Shown here: piece by piece, positions 11,691 to 25,300 of the stretch
Numbering within the stretch: position 1 is the first letter of the stretch
How the letters are laid out: every line of letters starts with the position of its first letter
Source of the DNA: Haplodiscus bocki
Taxonomy: Eukaryota
Assembly (NCBI GenBank): GCA_965655095.1
Contig: OZ296648.1
Location: forward strand, 118,730,001-118,794,000
Reading direction: 5' to 3'
DNA: 64,000 nt
Made by a program: the position numbers and the translations under genes
Notes under the pieces: model-generated
Database searches by the model: none
What the model was told of the DNA's origin: nothing
Seen by the model: the letters and a program-made list of their open reading frames with translations, nothing else

Positions 11691-12454
11691 TCACGGTCAC
11701 GGACTCTTTCGAATCACCATTGGGTAACAACATGAGAAAAACTGAAAGCCTGCTCTGGACCTATCTTAATCTACCGACACTTTGAGGAGAAGGTTCGAAG
11801 AAAAAACAATGGAAAAGTTCAGGCCTTACACAGCACCTTTCGAGTCATTGCCTGTACAAGATCCCCAGGTTAATACCGGTATACTGTGCGGTTCCGGAAA
11901 CACCACAAGGGTGACTTTTGGTAGCAAAGACCTGCCTTTTTTTCGTAAGCGTACCGACGCACCTAAAAAGAAGTTGATAATTACGTGGCACTAATTCTTG
12001 ACAGCAATCTTATAATTATCGTCAAAAAAATATTAAAAGAGAGCTGGCCTTTGTTCAAAGCTTTGGTAAAAGTCCAAGCTGTTCATTGCTTGCTAAAGCG
12101 TTGCATGGGGGCCATTAGATCCTCGAAGTTCACTTAGTCGAACCTTAATATAAGATCTTCTCTATTTCGCTCAACGTTTGCTCCCTCTGGAATGGACAAT
12201 TTTCAGTCTTTGGTTAGTCACGACCTCAAAATATATTGAGTTTTAGGTTCTGCTTTATAGAAAATTTGAAGATGTTTCAATCTTGGCAGTTTTTTTCATG
12301 TGTTGAATGCGCTATCTTTTAGTAAAAACAAACGGTATATACTTCATTTGCTTCGATAATAAAATAACAGCCGCCAGACAGAAACACGAAACAAAAATTA
12401 ATGCAAAGTTCACAACGAAACACCAGCCTTTAGACAAAGTGAGTTCAAAAGCGA

Positions 12455-13230
12455 CTAACTTCAAGTTTTTGCAGAGCTTTGTACAGTGCACAAGTTTAAT
12501 GAAGACCGTTTGTGGTCTCCCTGAACATTTAGAACGCAGTCCTTGATTCCTGATAACTTGAAAACATTTTTAGCCAGGGGCGGTCCTTCCGTACCAATTC
12601 CTTGGGGCGAAGGATTGATGAAGACTTTGATGTGTCCACATCTTCCTCTGATCCTGAACGGAGCAGTACTGATATTTTTGTATCCCCAGCTACCCCTCGC
12701 CAAGCGGAATTTTTTCAGAAAGGCTACAATAGTTGGACTGCTTACAGCCTGCGCTTGTGTCTTCCGGGTTTAATGACTCATGCCGATCAGTCCCTCCTCA
12801 GCTCTGACTGCCACAATGGCTTGGTATCCTACTCGCGGTCTTCCATTACCAGTCACGCTGCACTGCTAGTGTCTTCAGAATATCTTCGCGGTAACCTGCA
12901 AACAATGAAGAATCAATAGAACGGAAGTTCGTCATAAGGAGCGCCTCCATTCCATGCCGCTCTTATATTTGGGGTGGGGAGCAGCATTTTGTCGCAAGGT
13001 GCTTATGGTATATGAAACTTGTGTTTTTTTTTCAACCATCATCAGTAACCGTAACCTTGGGATCTCTATGGCTGCATAAAACTATACTTCAACATGGCTT
13101 CACAATCCCATTATTCTATATGCCCTCAAAATTAAACCTCTTATTAGTTGAAGGCAAAAGTTTAACTTACCCAGCATTCTTTTTTTCTGGAGATAACTGA
13201 AATCGATTCTTGATTTTTCTGCTTTCTGGA
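12455..13230 (-). pseudogene. Divergent ribosomal protein uS5 (RPS2)-like gene, copy 1, with a putative intron at 12896-13170
   Basis: Minus strand: YREDILKTLAVQ/VTGNGRPRVGYQAIVAVRAEEGLIGMSH*TRKTQAQAVSSPTIVAFLKKFRLARGSWGYKNISTAPFRIRGRCGHIKVFINPSPQGIGTEGPPLAKNVFKLSGIKDC aligns by eye with eukaryotic uS5 (DEVLKIMPVQK..RFKAFVAIGD..G..G...VRRGYWG...TVPCKVTGRCG....PAPRGTG......AGI.DC). G|GTAAGT donor at 13170 and TTGCAG acceptor at 12896. Confidence 0.75.
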
Positions 13231-16200
13231 ACTATTGGCAGTAGTTGTAGTGATGAGTAGTTGTATTTGAACTGCTTGATTTTTTGTCTGAGTCTTCCTC
13301 CACTGATAATCCATTGTTCTGAGTAGCTAGATTTGACGTTTAAATTATTTAAAAGTTAGGTTAGAAGTGCTGGCAATAGTGTGTACATATCGACTTCAAA
13401 GAAGAAGCGCATTCCAATAGAGTGAGATTAGCAGAAACGGTGATGGACGCTTGTTCTTCGCTTAGGTCGATTAGTGATCAAACTTGAAATGCCAGCAGTC
13501 TAGCCTTGGCTACATGTATATATTGTTCACGAGCCAAGATTCCACCGCGAAGTACGTTTTGGTTTAGGGATTCTTCCACAGAAAGGTTGAAATGATCTTA
13601 GGATTGACCGCGAGAAATCTTGTGAATCCCTATACTACTCGTACCACTTACTTAATTGAGCTAAAACTTAAACGATTTCCTTAAATTTTGCTAAGGTCGC
13701 CCGACTTGTCGCTTTTGAGCCTACCTTTTCCAATTGTTTGCTCAGAGTTCCACGAAACGAATACCAAACTATACTATCGCATTTTTAAGGAACAATTTGT
13801 AAATTGTCGTGTATTTAGTGTACAAAATAGCTGACTTTAGAACGTGTGCTCGTTTGGTTCAAGAATAATTGTTTGTTAGCATACAAGAATAAATGGCAAA
13901 CATTGCGAGGATTTTTTCTGAACTTTGAGAATCGTTGAAATTGGACCGCGTTCAAGTGTCTCAACGTAGTCCAAACGTTGCTATTCTCCTGATTTTCCCG
14001 AAGTTTTTGGATTTTTAAATTCTATTTCAACTTTTTAGCTGCGTTTTTGAACCAGTACAATACAGAAACCAAATTACTGGTGACTACCGTTTATTTCCGC
14101 TACAGTACTCCTTGTAACTTTTTCATTAGCCTAAAGGATGTATTTTGACGCCACAAGTTATGCTGAAAGTACCAAATATCGCATTCTTCCTTTATCCTCC
14201 GTTTGCCTTTCACTTACTTTTCGACAAGTTCGGCAAATCAATAGAGAACGGAAGCAAAAATGTAGCGCGCTACAGCAGGAAGTTCCAATTTTGTTGAGTT
14301 TTGGTTTTCGGTGCGTTTGTTCGATATAGATATTTTGTTCGACTTTTGCCGTAGTTCCGGTCTCCCGCCTTCTTTTTCTGCTTTTTGGCTATACTTACAA
14401 TAAAAGCATTATGAGAGGACATATTTTGCACCTTTCCAGAAAAGCTTCAACTTTTTCGCTATGAATGGTCGATTTTATTGGTTTTTGATAATAAATTTAG
14501 CAGGTTTTGCAATTTTTCCTTTTGCCTTCCCAATTAGGTACGCCTCAACCGAAATCAAATAGAAATTGCTTATTTTGAGAAGTTGCTGGCACTTAAAATT
14601 GTATCCGATAGTGTGAAATCGCAGTTGCTACTGCTCTAAGCAAATTTGTTAAATTCAGTTTTTACACCACATTTGTTTCCGACCAAACAGAGCATCTTCG
14701 CTCACCAGGGTGCTGTTGTTTTGTGTGCTGTTGAACGAAAAACTAAAACCTTTATATGTACGAGATGCACATTTTTCATAAATACATTTTTTTTGCTGTT
14801 TTTGAAAGAAAATTGGAAATGAAAGTCTGTCAAATTTCAACTGACGAATGAGTATCAATTCATTTGGTTAGTTTAGGAAAATTCGCAATGTTCTGACAAG
14901 CCTTTTTCCGGTAATGATCGATCGTGCTGCTACGAGTTCTCGAAATACTGAAGGAATTTGAGTGGCTAGCTTTGTGTAGGCCCGCTTCACCTCTTTGTGA
15001 GCGAATGAACCCGAGTATATCAGTATGTACTTCTTAACGTATTTATCAAACCCTCACTTTCGGATAAACTTACTAAACTTACAAATTTTTTCATGCTTTG
15101 TTCGGCTGCTCACTTCCACATCCCTCACTCAATTGTGCTTCTAAAAATCCTACCTGATTGTTAAAAGTTGAATTATTCCAATTGAGTGGAAGAATTCCCC
15201 AATGAAGGTCATTTTCACTAGCAAAAATTGCTTTACTTGCTCGCTTTACTTGTTTTGTTGGGTAACTATAAAGGGGATAAACCAGTTAGCGGGAATTTAA
15301 AATTCAATAGCGTCTTGTTGGTTCGGGGTTTCGCCCAATTTACATTACTAGACCGGGGTTGGGGCCTCGTGCCGAGACCTTTAGTGACACATACAAAACT
15401 GTAGTCAGTCAGCATGATCTCTTGAACCTCTTGATTCGGCTAAATTTTGCATGTGACCCTGAATCGATGACACAAGCAACTCAGCCTGCTGGCATTTTGG
15501 CTAAAGATTCGTTCTTTCATTGAGAATTTTGAATTATTGTACCTGATTTTATTATTTTTTCGAAAAAACTTTGATTTACAGTCAAAAATCTCTGGAATGA
15601 ATTGTTTTTGACGGTCGGTCATGAAGTGAGCTGGAAACCTGTGTTCCGTGGCCGTCCCGTTGCAAGAAATTTGATTGTCTCATTTTATGAAAAAGATATC
15701 TCATTTCGACTTTTTCGAAAATTTTCACCGGAGAAGTTTCGGCAATAAGATTACAAAAGCTCAATTATCTCTTGAATTTTCCGTCCTAAGTTTAATTGAG
15801 CGTTAAGAAGTGAAGCACATAGTCTTTTCGGCTGCTTTTTGTCAGAAAAATTTTGACGATTTTTTTTCAGTGATAAGTTTGATCACTTTTGCCAAAATGT
15901 TGGGGCAATTAACTTTTCCAATTAAAAATTTTCCAAGTATTTTTTGAAGGCAACACAAGTTGTTTTCGGGAATTCATTTTTCAGCTTTGGTTTTTTCCCG
16001 AAATCGCGTCCGTCAAAAGCCTAAAGAAGTAGGTCCCACTCGCTCTTCAGCTCAATTGAAGCCATCTGTAATTTTTTTCCTTTTTTTCGTGCTCTTTCTC
16101 AATTTTTTCAGTCTAATTCTGGAGTATGCTATACATTTCATTTGCATTCTTGTTCGGTTTTATTTCAACGCAATAAAAGGTTCTGGTGCCATTTGTATGT

Positions 16201-19200
16201 GTCCATAGATGACATGATTGTATGTCAATAAACGATACCATAAAGGTGCCAACCGACATTAAGGGTCTTTCTTTGTGATGAATTTTACGTTTCACTTTCT
16301 TTGTCGGGACAATCGTGAAAATCAGTCAATCATTTTCCCAGCAAGCTTGCCTTTTTTTTGAAAACGTTGATGTTTAAAAAATCGCTGAATCATGATAACA
16401 GTTTTCATTGTCCAAAAATTGGTCCTCTACAGTGGCAATTTTGTGAATTTATGTTCTGACATAGTACTTCGTTTATATCCCCTCAGTCAGTAGTGTAGAT
16501 TTTCGTGTGGCACATTAACTTGATTACTTTTTAATACTCTAGTGATCAACTCGAAATTTAATGCTGATTCTAGTTACTGCAGCCTTTTGTTGAAGTTTTA
16601 CATTGAATTCTGACATACTTTCACAAGAAGCAAACCAGTGGTGCAATGCTGGTTACTTCCCGCTACATCAGCTCTGAGCTTGGAAAACAAACTTTGTGGT
16701 CTGAGCGTCAAGCTTAATCTTCTAAGCCCAGTTTTTATTCAAATGCGTGTCGTGTGCTTCGAAAGTAATGACTCACTCTTTCCCAGCAAGACTCAATCTG
16801 TGTGTTTCTCGGAAATGTTAAGTTTTTCAGATTGGCTTCAAAGGCATTTATTGAGAGTCTTCAACTCTTTAGATGGAAATTGTCACTACCTTGGTGCTCC
16901 TCTGAAGCATGCTATCGAATTAGATGGTATTTCTGCCATGAGTATTTTGCTCCATGTATTGATCAGGCAGGGCTTTTCATGGTGAAATACAACTTTTAGC
17001 TTACATTTTGTCCGAAAGTCAACACTTTTTTTACCAGTGGATCAAGTAATTGGCGACTCAAAACCTGAATGTCTCTCAGCTAAAAGTTTTGCATAGAGTA
17101 ACATCGCAAGCTGCAGGCTGCGGAGATGCGTCATCAGATTTGTTTTTTGTAGTAGTTGTCATAAAATCTTCGGTCGGATCAAAAGTTTCATCATTTTTGT
17201 AAATGTTGCCTTTTCAATTTTCAGTATTTAAAGCACGAAATTCAAAGATATGCTGCAAAAATTCTGCTCATTCAAGTATTTTAGCTTCTACGGACAAGTA
17301 GTACGTAGTAGTTGGGCCCAGCCGACCATTACACGTTGCTTAGATAATTCGTTTCCTTGTTTGAGGTAAACCGTCCTACATTCATTTTTGTAGGAAAACG
17401 AATTAGTCCTAAACCTTTGCGGTGGTTTTTTCGAACGAAGCCAATGAAACAAGTTGACGATGACCACTTGCATGTGACTTCTGACCACGAGGGCGTTATG
17501 CAACCTTAACAAAACGGGGTTAAGGCAGTTGAGTACATCGTTTTTAGAATCTTCGTTCAATTCCACGTCATGTGCTCAAACATGACTGTTTGTTACGCTT
17601 CGTTGGGAACTTCTACGCTTCAGTGAAGTTACAGAACTGTTACTTGTTGTTTGATAGAGTCACTCTGATGAGTCTCTGAGCCCGTTCCAATTGGCCCTAG
17701 GGCAATGGAGACGGCGAACGGTTGCAAAGTTCCAGACACAAAAAATCAATGTCATCCTTTGAATTGGGTTCCGCTGTTGTAATGAAAGCGCATCACTATA
17801 ATTGGATAGAAGGGCTCCAGCTTGTGAACGCAATCCGACAACGTTTCTCAACCGCGTGTGAGCGAACGAAAGCGGAACGCATGTGCCATGCATTGGGTCG
17901 ATAAAGCTTTAAAAATGACGCTGTCACCGTTTACACATCCCCACGGGATCCCACGAATGACAACAAAGTTGCCTAGTTGAAAGAAAACTCTGGACTTGAA
18001 GTTTTGTTGATGCTCGGAACCTTTACTCATAACTTCAAATCAATTTGTCGTGTGGTGACTTGTGATTGCCTCGGTGAATTTATAACACTGACGTTCAGCG
18101 TTAACGAAAGGCGCTTGGATTGGGCTACATCGTAATGTTTCAACAAAATTCAAAGGTGCGTCAGCCTACTAACAGCCGACTAACTGAAGGGCCTCCATAA
18201 GTCATCGCACTCAGTGGGAGCGGAGCGCAGCGTAGTTGAGCGAGTGCGAGGACGAACGGGCCGTAACAGCAGTTGAACCACGCTCACCGACAGTAGGCGG
18301 GCAGAGCTGCCCGCCTTTCGTCGACAATATCTCGAAAACCCCAAAGCCCACGCTGTCCTGACCCTAGATTTAAGAGATTGCGACTAGACGTTGTCAAAAC
18401 GTCAATTTAATGCACGAATTACTTCGGGATTAGTCTTTTTGCACAAAAGCAGCCGAAATATTTCTAAGAAATTTCAAAAAAATATAATGGTGTTTGTTTG
18501 AAAGCCCTACACCGAATAGTGCAAAATTTTGAAAAAGCGTTTTCTTGCAATTTTTTCTGTTTTTTGTGGATTTCATTGAAGAAATGTTTTTGGAGTTTTA
18601 TTTAATCAATAGATGGCCCTGACTTTGTTGTGACAGCTGATATCATCTGTCGACGGAGCGTTTTCAAAAACTATTCCAACATCATTTTTGATTCTATTTT
18701 ACTTCGAAAATGATTGTAATCAAATACGTCGTTGAAATTATAGTTTTAGTTCCCGAAATTGTTTCCTAAACTTCGTTGTTTTACGAAAAAAACGATAAAG
18801 ATGAAAGGTTTGAAGAATGACCAAAACTAAAAACATAGCCGCAAAGTGTTTTGCAGAGGGCCCGTGAATAGCGAAGGCTACGCCACAGATAGGCAATGCA
18901 ACTGTCAAGTTTTATTGCAGGCGGAGCTGATTCCAAGCTGAATTTGGTCGCCGGAGAATCAATTGAATACATGGTGAGAGCTTGGATTTTCTGATATCTT
19001 TTGTACAGATTTTGCCTCTGGAAGCATTTCAGTATCCCAGGTCAACATATCAATTGTCTACAAGTATTTTTGTTGAATACTACAATAAATACCAAAACGA
19101 ACGGAACTTCAAGCAAGGTAGAAAATCTTGTCTTTACGTAATCAAACTTTACATTTTTTCATTGAAATGCGAGCTAAATCACATTTACGTCAAAACTTAA

Positions 19201-21137
19201 GCTACACGCTCAGTAGCCCGCTGTTTACCTACCCGAAGGTTTTTCAATCAGAACCTTAGAATCGTTTAAAGAACATTTCAGTTAACACAGAATTTTGAAA
19301 AGAAAACAGATAAAAGTCAATTTTCATGTAAGTTTGCCGTACGAGTTCACCCAAAAAAAAGGATCATCTTCTATCAAACATTGATTGTGTTCAAAGGTCC
19401 CCTAAGAATCAATCAATGAGTAAATTTTTACTCTGAAGGCCACTGCAAGCATTGGTCTTGATGTAAACACAAGAATAGCATGAATTCATAAATTTCTGCC
19501 AGAAGGCCGTCGGTTAGTTGAACAAAAGACTCTTGACATCCCAATGGGACCGTTGGTCGTCCTACATTCTTTCAACGGACGGCTCAAACCAGTCCAAGTA
19601 TCTGCAGGCCTTCAACGTTGAAAATAATGGCAGATAAAGCGAATTTTCCCACTTCTTTGAAAATTTCCACCGAAACTCCGCCGAAAGAGTTGAATAATTC
19701 CAGCAAAATATCACATGAACTAAGTCTTATTGCTCCCTTGATTAGATAGTAATTGTTAATCACCCAAGCCATATGAGCCTTGAAAACAGCGATAAAGTAC
19801 CATTTGCACGCTAAAAATACGGCATTTTCAACTTTTTTGGCTGTTTTTTGGTGGCCAAAAATTTTCGACAGCTGAAAACTTCGTCAACGAAAACTTCTTT
19901 CGCCTAAAGTTACGCAAAACAATTCTAATGACACAGTAAGTAGCAAGTATTGGGGCGCCGAAGTTGATAATCGAAGTGGGTGAATGAGGGAAATAGGCTT
20001 TTGCTCAACGAAATTGGAACTTTTTTTGATTTAGTAGGGTATCAAATTTTATTGATTCTTCATCGACTCCATTTTTGAAAGCGACCATAGTGTGCATATG
20101 CTACTTGTGCTAATAAAATTTTACGTGTTGCGCTCAATCTTTTCCCCTTTTTCACATTGTTTTCGCTAATGACTGGGCGGAAAAATTGCCGACGCTGAAA
20201 ATTTGGGGCCATGTCAAATGTGACGTTGCTGTTCAGGTTTTCAAAAGACACTGGCCAATACGCTCTAAGATAACTCAGGAGGCGCATAGGGCTGTCACAA
20301 ATCCAGGACAGGAAGAATTAAAGTCATAGGCGCAAAGTGATTTGCGCACGGCTCGCGAGGAGGTGAAGTCACGCCAGAAATGAACTCTGCTCATGTTTGA
20401 AGTTTTAAGCGAGAGAGCAGTAGCGAACAAGCCGTTAGAAAGTTTTGGAAACTTTTCCGCCAAAGTAACAGTGGAAAAATGGCGAGTCTGGTCTGACACA
20501 CTCTATTGTGTTAATTTCTTTTGAGAATCAGTGCACTAGTGTTTCGAACTAACAAAGACAATTGCAGGCCCTAATGAAGATAAAATTGCCAACGAACGTG
20601 TTCTCCGACTTTTCTGCTGAAAGTTTTTAGCCAATACTCCGCAGAAAAAACAACGTCTCTTTCGATAAACCATATTGTCTATTTGTCTCCAGCGAATCGC
20701 TTAACCAATTGGTCAATTCAACCGAGTTTTTTTTCGATATTTGTTTGGCCTTTTTTCGATGTTTTCTCTAATTTTTCAATAAAACTTTCCGGCAGACTTT
20801 GCGAATATTTTTCACTAATTGGTGATAAATACAATAGGTTTTGCAACGATTCCAGTAATATACACACCCACCGTTTTTATATTGTAGTGATGTAATGAAA
20901 ATTCAACGCTTTATCCGAAAATTTTTCGGCGTTTTCATTTTGTTTCATTTTCGTTAACACTTCGAAGCGAGTATTTTTCGGACGCCGAAAAATTTAGATA
21001 TGGTCAATCACGGCCATAATCTTGGATTTTCGAGAGAAATAGAACGCGCCGACCAATACGTTCAGAGATATAACGCTTTTCAGTCAAGAAACGCAGAGGT
21101 TTGCCACAAATCAAGGACTGAAGAATTAAAAAACGTT

Positions 21138-21500
21138 GGCGCTAAGGTGCTAAGCGCAAGACTAACCAAGGCCTTTAACCTTTTTACATCACTGACCACA
21201 TGCCTATGCATTGTCAGAGGGAATGTGGCAAAATCCGGAGAGATTCGGCACAGAACAAACGAAAGACATTCGGCACAGAACAAACAGAAAAGATAACAGC
21301 GGCGTTCTAACATAATTTTCCTTTTTTTGAAAAAATTAGCCAAAAAAGAACGTTCTCTGAAAAGCCAGCGAAAACCAGTCGCTGTTTAGCAAATGCGGCT
21401 TCAGAGCAGTTGGGTACCAGTAATTGGCAAATATGGCTGTAGGTAACGTTATACGAATCTGGAAATATTAACTTCTTAACAAAGATCCGTGTTTTCCATA
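21138..21500 (+). repeat. Diverged copy of the interspersed repeat also at 24460-24807 (-) and 62907-63250 (+)
   Basis: GCGCTAAGGTGC..AGCGCAAG...TACATCACTGACCACATGC...GCAAAATCCGGAGAGATT...AAAAGCCAGC shared with 62907 onward. Confidence 0.7.
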
Positions 21501-22221
21501 TTTTCTGTCAGAAATTTATATCAAAACATTTGTGTTGGAACCCGAAGTCGTATGAACTCTGATGGGGCGCTGAAAGTTGTTTAGGGGGAGCACACCAGGG
21601 GAAATTTTATCCATGTGATGGGAGAAGTTATAAATTATCGCGAAAGACAAGCAATTGAAAGAAAATGCTTCGCATCTGAAGAGTACCTTGGGCAAACCTC
21701 ATTGCTTTGACCAAGCGTACTCTCCCAGCATCTCAGTGGGATTCACGCAACCCAGTTTAATTTTTTTTGTTTTTACAACGGGATAAATTGTCCTTAGAAA
21801 AGACTTCAGTCTTGAGTAAAATTATTTGACAATTTTCGGCTATTATTTTTTGAGAAAAGTTCCTTCGTAGTGAAAACTTGCATCATAAAGCCACTACTGT
21901 ACACCTCGCTTAATCTATTCCTCAGTGCAAGTGATATGCAGATGAACATCTTAATTTGACACGCTGAACGCGGTGGAATCTGCAAGTATATGTTCAAAAA
22001 ATACACGCGGGGAGTACATTAATTTACTTTCATATTAATATGGGCAGAAATTTACAATAGCCGAAGTGCATTGCTGCAGGGGCTATGAAAAAATGATGGA
22101 TGGAAAAATTTTTCAATAAATTAATTATGGCTAGTGTTTCTGAAATAGAATGTTTCTCAGTAAGAAATACAATTATTCTTTTTGGGGTTTTCCAAATTAT
22201 GGATATGATTTCCGTTTTCAG

Positions 22222-22300
22222 CGCATACTTGAAAGCTCAGCACTTATTGCCCAAGAATGGCAGAGCGTTCAACCAACTGGCAATTCTCGCGTGGCATTTG
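22222..22300 (+). CDS. SMG6: SMG6 exon (AYLKAQHLLPKNGRAFNQLAILAWHL)
   Basis: TTTTCAG acceptor, GTGAGT donor; matches SMG6 YLKAQHIAPKNGRPYNQLA. Confidence 0.92.
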
Positions 22301-25300
22301 GTGAGTTGAGTTTGAACGTATCAATATTCACGGCTTCTATCTGCAAGTTTTCTGTTTTCGATGTCTCACTGAATGATGTTTTAGAAACGGCGTTTTGAGA
22401 CAGTCTATTTCTACATGCGAAGTCTGGCAGCCCAGGAAGATTTCAAAGGTAATTATTATTGTATCATCACTGCATTGTCTGTAATGGATAAATTTGAGCG
22501 GTAAAACATATTGGCGAAATAATTCGCAAAGCGCTTTTATTATTATGCGATTTTGACCATTTTCCAAAAAAGATCACTTTACTTAGCATTGCCACATACT
22601 TCAAGGTCTATCGTTGGACATTGAAATATACTGGGTGTACGACTGATTATTGAAGTTTTACTATGGAACCAAAAAAGGGGCAGAATTTCGGTATCAAGTT
22701 AAATTTTTATGACTTCAAAATAAAGCAATTGAAACCACTGAATTGATCCTTTGTTGTAGAAATAGTAACAAGCCAATTTTTTATTACAAATTCTGACTGG
22801 AAGGAAGGATGTGAATTGGAACCGGCTTATCTCCAGTTTTTTATCCTGTCCAAAACTTGCATTTCTTGACGTCATCAGATAGTCGTGTTCTTGTGAAAAC
22901 AGTCGAAAATGAACATTTTGAGACATTTGACAGGTATTTGTTTACTTTAACGTTCTAAAATTTACTATTATGTTGTCACCTTGTTCTGAAAAAGTGAACA
23001 ACAGCGTCCTAAAAGATCATGTTTGACTGGGAATATTTTGAATACCGACAATGTGGCAGCCCTAGTTGAACTTGCATGAAAATTTTGCCTGTTGTATTAA
23101 TGCATGCTGGAATATTTTTTTCACAAAGCATAAAAAATTCAGGGATCTTGTGTGGAGAAATCGTACAAAATTTCCATGCAATATGCAGAATTTGCATGCA
23201 ACATATTAACAAAACATATCACTTCATTTTTTAGGCGAGCGGAGCGAAGCCTGTTAGCACAAGGACACGTCAAAATGATTTCGTTTTTTTTTCCCGTCCG
23301 TGACATCCCTCCGCGTTTCATCTCTTTACATCTTATTTTCTCGGCACCTTTTGGTCAGATTTATCCGATTTTTGTCTTAACACTACGATGGTTTCTCGAT
23401 TTAGCTTATTGCAAATTTTCGGTCGGCAGATTTTTTTCGGCGTGTTTTTAGCGATAAAAATTTCATTTTTCGGATTTTTTAGAGGGCAGAAGAGATATTT
23501 TTGAGTCTTGTCTGTACAGGAAACTTGGAAATGCTGAAGTTTTTGCATTAATCGATGAAGCACCATTCAGTTGAGACCAATTTTTTTCGGCCAGTTTTCG
23601 TCAAAAAACCGGAATTTTTTCGAAACAGATTTGACATTGCCCACTACGTTTCGTAACTTTGACGCTCATTTTCTACGAACGCATTTGTAGGATCCGTTTG
23701 CTTATTGCCAAGCTGTATTGGCAACTTCGTAATTGACCGGGTTCGAAATTTTTGGTGTACGAAACTTCTTCGCGAGCGAGTTTCTGGCGAAAGCAATTGA
23801 AAACCCAGGTTTTTTCAGAGGGCAAGTTATACTTTGTCGAACTTCCTTGGCCTATTATCCCATATATGGCTTCCCAATGCTGGTTAGGAGATGGAACATT
23901 ATGCGTAAGTTGCATTTAATTTCTAACCGAAAGTTTTCTTATTTTTCCACAAGATTTTGACCGAATTTTTCCGGAAGAAAATTGGTTTTTCAAGTTACTT
24001 CCTGCATTATCTCAAGTTTTGTGCGTTCAGCATGCCTCAAAGTTATGCCTATCACCTGAATTGAGGAATAGAATAAGCAATGTGTACAACAGTGGGTTTT
24101 GATGCAAGTTTGGGCTCCGAAAGTTTTCAAGAAATAAGATTCCTTCAAGACTTGTCGACTCTAGAGAGTTTTTATCCTGCTGTACAAACAATAAAAGTAT
24201 ACAGGGCTTCGTGATGCTCATTGCATTGACTGGAGAAGCAGTGGAGAGCTTGTCAGGGTACGCTCAGTCGTAGATAGGTGGTCTGGACAAGGTACTCTAG
24301 ATGTTGAACATTTAAAAAAAATTCCCTTTGCGATGATTTACTGCGACTCTCATCACCTGGAAAAATGTCTCGAGTGTCTCCTAATAACCCTCTGCATCTG
24401 CTCACTGCTTTTGTAACCTTTGGGCTGCGCGAAATTTTTTGGTCGAGCTTTCTGAGAACACCTATCGGGAAAACACGGCTTTTTGGATAGATTTTTATTT
24501 CCAGATTCGTATTTGTTCACTTAACGCCCTAGTTGTCAACGTCTGGAACCTTGCTGCTCTGAGATGGCTTTTGCCAAACAGCGGCTGGCTTTTGCTGACT
24601 TTGAGATGACAAAATATTCTGTTCCAGCTAAATTCTTTTAGAAGTTAGGTTAGTTATCTCAAACTGCTCTTATCTCGATTGGTTGGTGTCTGTCTAATCT
24701 CTCCGGATTTTGCTACATGCTCTATGGCATTCCATAGGCATGTGGCCAGCGGTGTAATCAAGAGTTTGAGTACCTTCACGAGCCTCGCGCTATGAGCACC
24801 TTAGCGCCTATGTTTTCAATACTCTACTTCACATCATCAAAGTAGCACTAGCTATTTGTGACCTCTCCACAAACTGTCAGAAGTAACAAAAACCATCGAA
24901 AGATTGTAATTATGGTCTATGATTACGGTCTCAATTTGGTAATACAAGTTTTGAGCCTGCAACATTTTATTCTCTTATTTTTTTCTGATAGTTTTGTTTT
25001 TCTGTCAAAACTTCGCTCAGAGATTGCTAAAATGTCCTATTTTGACCCAGAGAAACATATATCGCATATGAAACCTTTCAGTGGCACAATAGGAAATCCG
25101 TGAAATGAATAAATGATCACAATGAAAAAATTTTGATTGCACTTAATATTTAGAATTGTGGTTGAAATTTTTCTCATGCTACATGGAAACTTCTGTAGAA
25201 ATTCAAATTTGTCTGCTGCATTCAGATTTTGCATGTTGCACGGAAAAATTTTTGTACAAGTTCACTTGCAGCAGTGAAATTTTCATGCATAAAAAATTTT

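Noticed and set aside
11039-11733. Long overlapping ORFs (up to 198 aa) on both strands
   Set aside because: By-products of the stop-poor 27-bp minisatellite.
13634-13639. ACTACT as the right terminus of Maverick 1
   Set aside because: No similarity to the element-2 TIR, the hexamer occurs by chance elsewhere, and the left end is unavailable for comparison.
16400-18180. Coding-like composition on the minus strand
   Set aside because: Multiple stops in the frames examined and no recognisable motif; probably an old TE, but not supportable.
18921-18973. Small AG...GT bounded open segment (GGADSKLNLVAGESIEYM) as an upstream SMG6 exon
   Set aside because: It ends in phase 0 whereas the 22222 exon needs phase 2, and it has no SMG6 similarity.
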